A DNA stretch of 64,000 nucleotides from Candidatus Nanopelagicales bacterium. GTDB lineage: Bacteria > Actinomycetota > Actinomycetes > S36-B12 > UBA10799. Where the stretch lies: the NCBI GenBank assembly GCA_037045455.1, contig JBAOIN010000006.1:31763-95762 (forward strand), in the 5' to 3' direction. The position numbers were made by a program, and so were the translations under genes. Shown here piece by piece: positions 11,114 through 20,347 of the stretch; position 1 is the stretch's first letter, and each line of letters opens with the position of its first letter. The notes beneath the pieces are model-generated. The model ran no database searches. It had not been told where the DNA came from and was given only the letters and a program-made list of their open reading frames with translations.

Positions 11114-12601
11114 ATGCCTCGTGTGACCCATCAACTCGATCCGCAGTTCGCCGCGCTCGATCTGGCGTCGCTGCAGGACGCGGCGCTGTCCACGTGCAGG
11201 GCGTTCAACGCGACGTATGCCTGCATGCGCGTGCAGCAGATCAAGACCCGCGTTCTGCATCTTCGCGACCAGCAGGTCGAGACGTCGCTGGACCACCGAG
11301 ACCTCGGCGTGGGCGTCCGGGTGGTAGTGGACGGGGCCTGGGGGTTTGCGGCGACCAGTTCGCTGACCCCGGAGGCAGTACGGAGGGCGGCCAGGCGAGC
11401 CTGCGAACTCGCCCAGCGATGTGCCGGGCTGCCCGGGCCACGCGTGCAGATCGCCGAGGAGCCGGTGGCTCGCGGCACGCATGTCTCGTCGTACGCGGTC
11501 GACCCGTTCGACGTGCCGGTGGCTGCGATGGTGGACGTGCTGCGTGACCGAGCCGGACTGATGCAGGGTCTGGACCACACCAGCGCCAGCCTGGAATGCG
11601 CCAAGGAGACCGTGTTCCTGGCCGACCTGGCAGGTGCGGAGATCCGCCAGCAGCGCGTCCGCTTGTACCCGGTCTACACCGGAGTGCGGATCACGGCCGA
11701 CGGCTTCGACGACATGTCGACCATCGCGGCACCCGTGGGGCGCGGGTGGGAGTACTGCCTCGACGGTTACGACTGGGAGTCCGAACTCACCGCGCTCCCC
11801 GGCCTGCTGGACGAAAAGTGCGCCGCGCCGAGCATCAAACCGGGCCGCTACGACCTGGTCATCGACCCCACCAACCTGTGGCTGACCATCCACGAGTCGG
11901 TGGGGCATGCCACCGAGAAGGACCGTGCGCTGGGCTACGAGGCGAACTACGCGGGCACCTCATTCGCGACTCCCGACCAGCTCGATCGCCTGCAGTACGG
12001 CAGCCCGCACATGAACATCCGCGCGGACCGGACCGCTGAGCACGGCCTGTCCACGGTCGGCTGGGACGACGAGGCGGTGGCCGCCCAATCCTGGGATCTG
12101 ATCCGTGACGGCGTGCTGGTCGGCTACCAACTCGACCGGCAGATGGCGGCACCCGAACGCTCCAACGGATGCGCCTACGCCGACAGTGCCGAGCACGTCC
12201 CGATCCAGCGGATGCCGAACGTGAACCTGCAGCCCAGCCCCGACGGTCCGGACACCGCCGGGCTGATCGGGCAGGTCGAGGACGGGATCTACATCGTCGG
12301 CGACAAGTCCTGGTCGATCGACATGCAGCGCTTCAACTTCCAGTTCACCGGGCAGCGCTTCCACCGCATCCGCAACGGCCGCCTGGACGGCCAGGTCAAA
12401 GACGTTGCTTACCAATCCACGACGCTGAACTTCTGGAACGCGCTGGCGGCGTGCGGCGGCCCGCAGACCTACGTGCTGGGTGGCGCGTTCAACTGCGGGA
12501 AAGGCCAGCCGGGACAGGTGGCGCCGGTGTCTCATGGCTGTCCGAGCGCGTTATTCACCCAGATCCCGATCCTCAACACCCGCGCGGAGGCCGGCCGATG
12601 A
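11114..12601 (+). CDS. tldD: TldD family metalloprotease
   Basis: Metal-binding HESVGH motif and the conserved C-terminal GGxxNCGKG-like region. Paired with a PmbA-like gene by an ATGA overlap. Start uncertain (TTG 11084 or ATG 11114). Confidence 0.85.
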   Translation: MPRVTHQLDPQFAALDLASLQDAALSTCRAFNATYACMRVQQIKTRVLHLRDQQVETSLDHRDLGVGVRVVVDGAWGFAATSSLTPEAVRRAARRACELAQRCAGLPGPRVQIAEEPVARGTHVSSYAVDPFDVPVAAMVDVLRDRAGLMQGLDHTSASLECAKETVFLADLAGAEIRQQRVRLYPVYTGVRITADGFDDMSTIAAPVGRGWEYCLDGYDWESELTALPGLLDEKCAAPSIKPGRYDLVIDPTNLWLTIHESVGHATEKDRALGYEANYAGTSFATPDQLDRLQYGSPHMNIRADRTAEHGLSTVGWDDEAVAAQSWDLIRDGVLVGYQLDRQMAAPERSNGCAYADSAEHVPIQRMPNVNLQPSPDGPDTAGLIGQVEDGIYIVGDKSWSIDMQRFNFQFTGQRFHRIRNGRLDGQVKDVAYQSTTLNFWNALAACGGPQTYVLGGAFNCGKGQPGQVAPVSHGCPSALFTQIPILNTRAEAGR

Positions 12602-13935
12602 GTTACGAACTGGTGGCCGCCGCCCTCGGGGAACTCGACGAGGGCAGTGCAATCCTGCGAGTGGGCCACAGCCGCAACCTGCGGTGGGCGAACTCTGCAC
12701 TGACGACCAACGGCGACATGCAGACCACGAATCTCACGGTCGTGGCCAGTGGCGCGGCAGACCAGGGCCGCCGGGTGGCCGTCCTGTCCGGTCAGGTTGC
12801 GGACCCCGCCGAAGCGGCTGCTTTGGCGTCTGCCGCACAGCAGGCGATGCGCGACGCGGCTCCGGTGGACGCGACAGCTCTGCCACCCGGTGAACGACGC
12901 GATATCGACGAACCCGCCGCCGAGCTTGACGATTCGACCACCGAAACCATGCTGGCCGGAGTGGGCCAGTTCCTGGAGTCCGGCGCGGCCCAGTTCGGCT
13001 ACGCGGAGGCCGATCGCGTTACCACCTACCTGGGCACCACGGCGGGAACCGGCGTGCGGCATGTGCAGGATTCGGTGCGGTTCGAGGCCAGCGCCCGCGA
13101 CGACACCGGTTCGACCTGGTGGGGAACGAACACATGGGATGCCGACTTCGCCGCTGCGGCCGCCCAACAAGCGCAGGACCTACGGCTGCAGGCGGCCCGC
13201 GAGCAGCTCGCACCTGGCCGGCACACCGTCCTTCTGACGCCGTCCGCTGTGGCCGACCTGCTGATCTACCTCACGTGGTCGGCAAGCGGTCGCGATGCAG
13301 TCGAGGGGCATAACGTGTTCGCCCGCACCGGCGGTGGCACCCGGATCGGGGAGGCACTGTCCGACCGGGACCTGACCTTGTACGCGGATCCGGACTACCC
13401 CGGCCTACAGACCTGCGGCCACGCCGTCGTGGAAGCCAACTCGAGCATGGAGTCTGTATTCGACAACGGCCTGCCGCTGGCCCGGCAGGACCTGCTGCGC
13501 GGGGGCAGGCTGGTCGGGTTGCGCGCGTCCCGGCCGACGGCGACCCGCTTCGGGCTGCAGCCGTTCTACCTGGCCGACAACCTCATCCTCGAGGACGCCG
13601 CCGGGCATGGGACCATGGCCGATCTGATCGCCCGGACGCAGGATGCCGTGCTCGTCAACTGCCTGTGGTACATCCGGGAGGTCGATCCGCAGACGTTGCT
13701 GCTCACCGGGCTCACGCGAGACGGGGTCTACCGCGTGCGGGACGGGCAGATCGTGGCGGCGCTGCCCAACTTCCGCTTCAACGTGGCCGTTCCCGACCTG
13801 TTGAGCAGGATCCGGGATGCTTCCGGGACGCAGTCCTGCCTGCCGCGGGAATGGGCGGACTGGTTCGTGCGGACCGCCATGCCTGCGCTGGTGGTGGACG
13901 ACTTCAACCTCAGCAGCGCCAGCGACGCACGGTGA
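12598..13935 (+). CDS. PmbA/TldE family metalloprotease partner
   Basis: 445-aa product starting MSYELVAAALGELDEG at ATG 12598, inside ORF 12169..13935. TldD/PmbA fold family by sequence character and by pairing. Confidence 0.8.
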   Translation: MSYELVAAALGELDEGSAILRVGHSRNLRWANSALTTNGDMQTTNLTVVASGAADQGRRVAVLSGQVADPAEAAALASAAQQAMRDAAPVDATALPPGERRDIDEPAAELDDSTTETMLAGVGQFLESGAAQFGYAEADRVTTYLGTTAGTGVRHVQDSVRFEASARDDTGSTWWGTNTWDADFAAAAAQQAQDLRLQAAREQLAPGRHTVLLTPSAVADLLIYLTWSASGRDAVEGHNVFARTGGGTRIGEALSDRDLTLYADPDYPGLQTCGHAVVEANSSMESVFDNGLPLARQDLLRGGRLVGLRASRPTATRFGLQPFYLADNLILEDAAGHGTMADLIARTQDAVLVNCLWYIREVDPQTLLLTGLTRDGVYRVRDGQIVAALPNFRFNVAVPDLLSRIRDASGTQSCLPREWADWFVRTAMPALVVDDFNLSSASDAR

Positions 13936-13966
13936 GGAGGGGATGGCTGGCAGCGGTGTTGCGTGT

Positions 13967-14227
13967 GGAATCGCAAATCGGTTAGCACGCTGGGCATCGG
14001 TGAGCGTCACGGGCATGAAAACCCCCCCGCGGTGCTAAGGAACCACTGATTAACCATGCCCCGGCTGCAACGTGCCTGAGCGCGCAATCTGCTTCACCCC
14101 ACATCTAGCGCCATAGCGCTGCTATGACCCACGATGTGGGTCTTGCATCTCACACCCTCAGCCACGTCTCGCTCGGAACAGCGTTAATCAGTACCTCCCT
14201 AACGGATGCCCGGAATGCTCACGGATC
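13967..14227. repeat. decamer-array palindromic repeat, copy with nested insert of about 160 bp
   Basis: The left arm and core (13967..14035) and the right arm (14199..14227) match the copies at 18247..18344 and 49117..49207. The interior carries 10-bp inverted repeats ACTGATTAAC (14045) and GTTAATCAGT (14183), and the stem CCCACATC/GATGTGGG. Confidence 0.8.
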
Positions 14228-14269
14228 GGGCGCGACGGGCCGCGGCGCGGGGAACATCGCGCCTAAGGG

Positions 14270-14560
14270 TCAACCCTGCGGCGGCGAACCGATCTGCCGC
14301 TGGTCGTTGACGATCATCGTCGGCGGTGCGGCCTCGCTGCGCTTACGTCCGGCGTTGGCCATGATCACGGCGACGTAGGGCAGCACCACGGCCCCGGCCA
14401 CGAGCGTCCACCGCAGCCACCCCGACGCGATGATGGCGCCGATGAAGCAGACCGTGCGGATCGCCATCGAGATCAGGTAGCGGCGGGTGCGGGCGCGCTG
14501 GTCCTCCAGGATCGAAACCTGGGCACCCGTAATGGAGACGCTCTCCTGGGACCGTGCCAC
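14270..14560 (-). CDS. DUF3099-like small membrane protein
   Basis: Two-TM protein (..RYLISMAIRTVCFIGAIIASGW..VAGAVVLPYVAVIMANAG). GTG start at 14560 chosen inside ORF 14270..14674. Confidence 0.65.
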   Translation of the reverse strand: MARSQESVSITGAQVSILEDQRARTRRYLISMAIRTVCFIGAIIASGWLRWTLVAGAVVLPYVAVIMANAGRKRSEAAPPTMIVNDQRQIGSPPQG

Positions 14561-14613
14561 ACCTCCACGGTAGTCTCGGCCCGGCGAACCCGCCAACGAA
14601 CCCGGGAGCCGCA

Positions 14614-16449
14614 GTGACTGCCACGCTCGAACGTACGCCGCCCCGCGCGGCCGTGCGCACCTGGCCACTGGCAACGGCCGCCATCGTGACGCTGCACTTC
14701 GCGTTCTGGGGGCTGACCATGCTCCGGGGCTGGCTCTACTGGGACGACTTCATCCTGCAAGGGCAGGCGGCCCGACTGGGCCTGTCGACGGACCTGCTGC
14801 TGAACAACCACGACGGCCACGTCATGCCGGCGGTGTACGCCATCGTGTGGTTCCTGCAGGATCTGGGCGGCTTGGACTACGGCGTTGTCGCGGTCAGCAT
14901 GCTGCTCGGCCAGGTCGCCCTTGTCGTGTCGGCTGTCCTGGCGTTCCGGGCCGTGCTGGGTCACGGCATGGGGTCAGCCGTTGCACTTGCCGTGTTCCTG
15001 CTCAGTCCGATCATGCTGCCCGGCTTCACCTGGTGGTCGGCTTCGCTCACCCTCACGCCGATGCTGACCTGCTTGCTGTTCGCGACAGTGGCGCAGGTCA
15101 GGTATCTGCGCAGTGGGTCCACGGGGTCGGCAATCACCGCGTATGTGCTGGTCGCGGTGTCGCTGTGCTTCTTCGAGAAGAGCTTGCTGATCCCGGTCTG
15201 GCTGTTCCTGCTCACCGTGCTTGCGACTCCCGAATCAGGCTTCCTGGCCGCCACGAGGCTGACCCTGCGACGGCATTGGCGACTGTGGACTGGCTGGGTC
15301 GTGCTGGGGCTTGCCTATCTCGTGGCTTTCGGCCAGGTCGCCGAGGGTCGTACCCATCTGCCGACCGGTCCGGGTCAGGTCGTCGACCTCGTGTGGCGAG
15401 CGCTTACGGCCACGATCGCCCCGGGCCTGGTGGGCGGCCCAGTGTGGTGGGTGCCCGTGGACTACAGCGCCTCGTTCGCCGATCCCCCGTTCTGGCTGCG
15501 GCTGCTGGGCGCTGCCGCGCTGCTGTTCGCGATCGTCGCGGGGGTCCGCCAGGCTGGTCCGGCCCGCAAAGCCTGGATCGCTGCCGGCATCTACCTCGCC
15601 CTGGACCTGACGACATTCGCGGTGGGCAGGCTCGGGCCTGCGGGCGACCCCGGCGTCGTGCAAGCCGGACGTTACGTGGCCACCAGCATGGTGGCGATCG
15701 CCGTTGCCTTGGGCGCCACGGCCCACGCCCGGAGGGCCGCACTGCAGCATCCGCGTGTGCGCTGGCCGTTGGTCGGCGGACTGACCCTGGCCGGTCTCCT
15801 GACCTTGTTCTCCGTCTTCGGTTATGCCGCGATCTGGGGCGACAACCCAGCCCGCACGTGGGTGGGCAACGCCCGCGCCGATCTCGCCCGCGCCGACGCG
15901 GCCGTTCCCCTGCTGGACCAGGACGTGCCCGATTTCCTGCTGCTTCCCGTGACCCATCCCTACAACCAGATCAGCTGGTTCCTTGCGCCGGTCCGGCCGC
16001 AGCCGGGGGTTTCGGCGAGCACGAGTCAGCTGCAGATCCTGGACAACCGAGGCCACCTGGTCCCCGCCGCGGTGGACGGTCCGGCCGCAACCGCCACGAC
16101 CTGTACGCCCGTGCCCCCGGGCGCCTCTGTCACCCTGCCGTTGGAGCACGCGGTGATTGCGTGGCTGCACACCGTCGCGATCGACTACCAGGCACAGCGC
16201 GCGGGCGTGATCGAGGTGTCCATCGGTTCCGGAGATCCGGTCCCGGCCACGGTCGTGTCCGGACGCCATCAGGTCTTCGTGCGCGCAGAGGGGGGTGAAG
16301 CCAGCGTGACCGTGCGGGCCACCGATGCCTCGCTGTGCGTCGCCGGGGTGAAGGTAGGCGCTGTTGTCCCGGCGGACCTGCCGTACGGTGGAGGCACCGA
16401 CATCACCGATCAACTCGAGGATCTCGAGAACGGAGGCAGACAGCCATGA
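14614..16449 (+). CDS. large polytopic membrane protein, possible GT-C type glycosyltransferase
   Basis: About 610 aa. More than 10 predicted TM helices are followed by a C-terminal extracytoplasmic domain of about 170 aa. An acidic motif (YWDDF) lies in the first loop. The functional call is inference only. Confidence 0.5.
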   Translation: MTATLERTPPRAAVRTWPLATAAIVTLHFAFWGLTMLRGWLYWDDFILQGQAARLGLSTDLLLNNHDGHVMPAVYAIVWFLQDLGGLDYGVVAVSMLLGQVALVVSAVLAFRAVLGHGMGSAVALAVFLLSPIMLPGFTWWSASLTLTPMLTCLLFATVAQVRYLRSGSTGSAITAYVLVAVSLCFFEKSLLIPVWLFLLTVLATPESGFLAATRLTLRRHWRLWTGWVVLGLAYLVAFGQVAEGRTHLPTGPGQVVDLVWRALTATIAPGLVGGPVWWVPVDYSASFADPPFWLRLLGAAALLFAIVAGVRQAGPARKAWIAAGIYLALDLTTFAVGRLGPAGDPGVVQAGRYVATSMVAIAVALGATAHARRAALQHPRVRWPLVGGLTLAGLLTLFSVFGYAAIWGDNPARTWVGNARADLARADAAVPLLDQDVPDFLLLPVTHPYNQISWFLAPVRPQPGVSASTSQLQILDNRGHLVPAAVDGPAATATTCTPVPPGASVTLPLEHAVIAWLHTVAIDYQAQRAGVIEVSIGSGDPVPATVVSGRHQVFVRAEGGEASVTVRATDASLCVAGVKVGAVVPADLPYGGGTDITDQLEDLENGGRQP

Positions 16450-16658
16450 GCAACCGCACCTACCGTCTCACCGAGATCGTGGGCACCTCCCCCGACAGCA
16501 TCGACCAGGCGGTCCGCAACGGGATCGGCCGGGCGTCGCAGTCCCTGCGCCACATCGACTGGTTCGAGGTCACCGACATCCGCGGGTACATCCGCGACGG
16601 CGACGTGAACCACTACCAGGTGACGCTGAAGATCGGCTTCCGGCTCGAGGACGAATAG
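16446..16658 (+). CDS. dodecin family flavin-binding protein
   Basis: 70-aa product MSNRTYRLTEIVGTSPDSIDQAVRNGI..HYQVTLKIGFRLED, typical of dodecins. ATGA overlap with the upstream gene. Confidence 0.85.
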   Translation: MSNRTYRLTEIVGTSPDSIDQAVRNGIGRASQSLRHIDWFEVTDIRGYIRDGDVNHYQVTLKIGFRLEDE

Positions 16659-16662
16659 CCAC

Positions 16663-17412
16663 TTGTCCGACGTACTGACGGTTCTCAAGCGCCCGACCTG
16701 GTGGGGTCTGCTGCTCGCGTTACCGTTCGCGATGGCACTGTGCCTCGTGGCCGCCAACTGGCAATGGGATCGCTATGAACGACGGTCGGCCGAGCAGCAG
16801 CGCGCCGACGCCGTCGAGAGCACAGCCCCAGTACCGCTGAACGCTGCCCTGCAGCCCGGCCAAGACTCACCAGCACTGGCCCAGTTCACACCTGTCACGG
16901 CCACCGGCACCTATGACCCGCAGACGATCCTGATCCGCAACCGTTCGCTGGACGAATTGCGCGGAATGTGGGTGGTCAGTCCGCTGCGACTGGCTGACGG
17001 CGGTGTGGTGCTGGTCCTGCGGGGCTGGCAAGAAGCCACCCGGGACAACGTGCAGAGCCCCGACCTGCCCTCGCCACCTACCGGGCAGGTCACCGTCACC
17101 GGGGTCCTGCAACCCTCGGAGCGCAAGCGCGGTGTCGGGCTGCTGAGCAACGGTGAGGCAACCACGCTGAACACCGAGACGCTGTGCCCAGATGCCGCGT
17201 GCTACCGGGCCTACGTGCAGTTGATCTCCTCACAGCCCGCGGACACGGTGACGGCAGTGCCTGTCCGTGGTCCCGGTCTGGGCCCGCACCAGGGCTACGC
17301 GGGGCAGTGGGTGATCTTCGCTCTGATGCTGCCTGTCGGCTACGTGATACTCCTTCGGCGTGAAATCCGGGAGACGCGTGCGGCACGCAACCCCATGACC
17401 GTGTCCAGCTGA
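16663..17412 (+). CDS. SURF1 family cytochrome oxidase assembly protein
   Basis: N-terminal TM followed by NWQWDRYERR (SURF1 W-Q-x-x-R signature) and a C-terminal TM. TTG start. Confidence 0.8.
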   Translation: MSDVLTVLKRPTWWGLLLALPFAMALCLVAANWQWDRYERRSAEQQRADAVESTAPVPLNAALQPGQDSPALAQFTPVTATGTYDPQTILIRNRSLDELRGMWVVSPLRLADGGVVLVLRGWQEATRDNVQSPDLPSPPTGQVTVTGVLQPSERKRGVGLLSNGEATTLNTETLCPDAACYRAYVQLISSQPADTVTAVPVRGPGLGPHQGYAGQWVIFALMLPVGYVILLRREIRETRAARNPMTVSS

Positions 17413-17426
17413 GGCAGGATGGAGGC

Positions 17427-18203
17427 ATGGATCTTGGCCTGCAGGGCCGCTGTTTCGTACTGACCGGCGCGTCGCGCGGTCTGGGATTCGCGGCCGCCCA
17501 GGCGCTGGTCGCCGAGGGCGCGAACGTCGTGGTCGTCGCCCGCGACCAGGCCACGCTGGACAACGCCGTCGCCGACCTGGGAGCGGGAGCCTTCGGAATC
17601 TCCGCTGACCTTGGGGCCGAGAGCACCTCGGAGATCGTGACGGCGGCGGCCCTCGCCCGCTTCGGCCGGCTGGACGGTGCCCTGATCAGCGCCGGCAGCC
17701 CGCCGCCCGGGACTCCGATGACTGCGTCCGACGACGCCTGGCGGGCCGCCTTCGAGACGTTGTTCCTCGGCGGTCTGCGGATGGCCCGGGCGACAGCTGC
17801 TTCGGTGACCCGGGAAGAGGGCCTGCCGGGTACCTCGGGCAGCATCCTCATGGTGCTGTCGACCTCTGCCCGCTCCCCCATCCAGGGGCTGGCACTGTCC
17901 AACGGCTTGCGGCCGGGCCTGGCCATGATGGTCAAGGACCTCGCCGACGAACTTGGGCCGCAGGGGGTCCGGATCAACGGCATCCTGCCCGGCCGGATCG
18001 CCACCGACAACGTCTTCGCCCAGGATGCCCGGCAGGGGGACCCCATGGCGGTGCGGCGGCGCCGGGAGGGCGCGATTCCGCTGCGGCGCTACGGCGAGCC
18101 CGACGAGTTCGGCGCGGTGGCGGCGTTCCTGCTGTCCCCGGCGGCTTCCTACATCACCGGCGCGTTGATCCCGGTCGAGGGTGGAGCGCTGCGGTCGCCG
18201 TGA
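17427..18203 (+). CDS. SDR family oxidoreductase
   Basis: TGASRGLG cofactor motif and the length typical of classical SDRs. Confidence 0.85.
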   Translation: MDLGLQGRCFVLTGASRGLGFAAAQALVAEGANVVVVARDQATLDNAVADLGAGAFGISADLGAESTSEIVTAAALARFGRLDGALISAGSPPPGTPMTASDDAWRAAFETLFLGGLRMARATAASVTREEGLPGTSGSILMVLSTSARSPIQGLALSNGLRPGLAMMVKDLADELGPQGVRINGILPGRIATDNVFAQDARQGDPMAVRRRREGAIPLRRYGEPDEFGAVAAFLLSPAASYITGALIPVEGGALRSP

Positions 18204-18246
18204 CGCGACACGATGTGGGGGCGAACTACGGCGAACCCGCGGAGCC

Positions 18247-18344
18247 AATTCGTGAGCATTCCGGGCATCCGTGAGCACCGCGGGCGGGGTTTTTGGTCGC
18301 CGGAAGGCTAACCGATGCCCAGAGTGCTAACCGATTGCGAGTCC
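18247..18344. repeat. decamer-array palindromic repeat, archetype copy (inverted relative to the 49117 copy)
   Basis: Decamers at 18247, 18266, 18308 and 18327 with 19-bp phasing. Core CCGCGGGCGGGGTTTTTGG. Near-identical to the reverse complement of 49117..49207. Confidence 0.85.
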
Positions 18345-18412
18345 ACCGACATGCCACTGGTCGTCAGAAAGCCGCGCGGGCTGAGGTCCGCAGCGCGCGA
18401 GGCCCGTCCGCC

Positions 18413-20281
18413 TCAGCCGACGGTCGTCAGGCTGAACTGCGCGTAGTGCCGCGCGTAAACGCCACCGGCGCCCAACAGGTCGTCGTGCGTGCCGCGCTCC
18501 ACGATCCGGCCATCCTCGACGACCAGGATCAGGTCGGCGTCGCGCACGGTCGAAAGCCGGTGGGCGATCACCAGCGACGTCCGGCCGGTCAGCGCCGCGG
18601 ACAGGGCACGCTGCACTGCCCGTTCGTTCTCGCTGTCGAGGTGGGCGGTGGCTTCGTCCAGGACGACTACGCCGGGACGTTTGAGCAGCAATCGGGCGAT
18701 CGCCAGCCGCTGCTTCTCTCCCCCGGACAACCGATAGCCGCGATCCCCAACCACGGTGTTGAGCCCGTCCGGCAGGCTGCGGATGAGCTCGGCGATCTGG
18801 GCGTCCTCGCAGGCTGACCAGATCTGCTCGTCGGTCGCCTCCGGCGCGGCGTAGCGCAGGTTCACACCGATGGTGTCGTGGAACATGTGCGCGTCCTGCG
18901 TCACATAGCCGACGGTGTTGCGCAGTGAGGCCAGGGTGGCGTCTCGCACGTCGATCCCGCCGAGCCGTACGGCACCGGTGTCCACGTCGTAGAGCCGGGC
19001 GACCAGTTGCGTGATCGTCGTCTTGCCGGCGCCACTGGGACCGACCAGCGCGACCATCGCACCGGCCGGGATGCTGAAGTCAACGCCGTGCAGGATCTGT
19101 TCGCTCAAGCGCGCCTCCTCGACCGCCACGCTCTCCAGGGAGGCCAGGGAGACCTCGTCGGGCGAGGGGTAGTGGAAGTCGACGTTCTCGAACTGCACGC
19201 CCACTGGCCCGTCCGGCAAGTCGACTGCGCCCTCGCGCTCACGGATGAGCGGTGGCAGGTCGAGCACTTCGAAGACCCGCTCGAAGCTGACCAGCGCCGT
19301 CATGACGTCGACCCGGACGTTGCTGATGGCTGTCAACGGCCCGTACAGCTGAGCCAGCAAGCCGGTTAGCGCGAGCAACGTGCCCAACGTCATCGCCCCA
19401 CCGACGACCAGATTGCCGCCCACCCCGTAGACCAGCGCAGTGGCAAGGGCGGCCACCAGCGTGAGCGCGGTGAGGAAGTACCGGTTGGCCATCGCGATCT
19501 GCACGCCGATGTCGCGCACTCGACCCGCTTTGCCTGCGAAATCGGCATCCTCCTGGAGAGGCCGGCCGAACAGTTTGGCCAGCAGTGCGCCGCCGACGTT
19601 GAACCGCTCGGTCATCTGCGTGCTCATGTCGGAGTTGAGTTGCATCTGCTGACGGGTGAGGGTCGCCAGCCGCCGCCCCATCCACTTGGCAGGCAGGATG
19701 AACAACGGCACGAGCACCAACGCCGCCAGCGTGATCTGCCAGGACAGCGCGATCATCGTCACGAGCACGACCACCAGACTGATCAGGTTGCCGAGAACGC
19801 CAGACAGGGTCGAGGTGAAGGCCTGCTGGGCCCCGATCACATCGTTGTTGAGCCGCGACACCAGCGCGCCGGTCTGGGTCCGCGTGAAGAACGCGATGGG
19901 CTGACGCTGCACGTGCGCGTAGACCTCACTGCGCAAGTCGAAGATGAGCCCCTCGCCGATCTGGGATGACTGCCATCGGCTGATAAGTCCGACGACCGCG
20001 TCCACTACGGCCAGCAGGGCCACGAGAATCGCCGTCCCGGTCACGACTGCCGCGTTCCCCGGGGTTATGCCGTCATCGACGATGCGCTTGAAAAGCAAGG
20101 GCTGGGCCACGACCAACAGGGAGTCCACCACGAGAAGCAGCAGGAAGCCGATGATCAAACGCCGGTAGCGAGTTGCGTATCCAAGGATCCGCCGGATCGT
20201 TCCTGGAGCGAGTTTGTGCTCGATGACGGACTCGTCGCGGCGGAAGGAGCGCATCGTGTTGTGCGCACCCATCATCGACAT
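18413..20281 (-). CDS. ABC exporter, fused permease/ATP-binding protein (MsbA/multidrug type)
   Basis: Six-TM domain followed by an NBD with GPSGAGKTT, LSGGEKQRLAIARLL and VVVLDEATAHLD. ATG 20281 is preceded by GAGGTGG. Confidence 0.9.
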   Translation of the reverse strand: MSMMGAHNTMRSFRRDESVIEHKLAPGTIRRILGYATRYRRLIIGFLLLLVVDSLLVVAQPLLFKRIVDDGITPGNAAVVTGTAILVALLAVVDAVVGLISRWQSSQIGEGLIFDLRSEVYAHVQRQPIAFFTRTQTGALVSRLNNDVIGAQQAFTSTLSGVLGNLISLVVVLVTMIALSWQITLAALVLVPLFILPAKWMGRRLATLTRQQMQLNSDMSTQMTERFNVGGALLAKLFGRPLQEDADFAGKAGRVRDIGVQIAMANRYFLTALTLVAALATALVYGVGGNLVVGGAMTLGTLLALTGLLAQLYGPLTAISNVRVDVMTALVSFERVFEVLDLPPLIREREGAVDLPDGPVGVQFENVDFHYPSPDEVSLASLESVAVEEARLSEQILHGVDFSIPAGAMVALVGPSGAGKTTITQLVARLYDVDTGAVRLGGIDVRDATLASLRNTVGYVTQDAHMFHDTIGVNLRYAAPEATDEQIWSACEDAQIAELIRSLPDGLNTVVGDRGYRLSGGEKQRLAIARLLLKRPGVVVLDEATAHLDSENERAVQRALSAALTGRTSLVIAHRLSTVRDADLILVVEDGRIVERGTHDDLLGAGGVYARHYAQFSLTTVG

Positions 20282-20347
20282 GGCCCCACCTCGTTCCCGG
20301 TCCCTAGAGGGCAACCGCGTGAGGGGCTATTGCATTCCCTCTATAGC

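Noticed and set aside
18276-18296. C-rich core of the 100-bp repeat (CCGCGGGCGGGGTTTTTGG) as a canonical intrinsic terminator
   Set aside because: The G/C segment before the T-run cannot form a stable stem: only CCGC/GCGG with a 2-nt loop is possible. Any terminator role would have to rely on the long imperfect arms. It is kept only as a possibility within the repeat finding.
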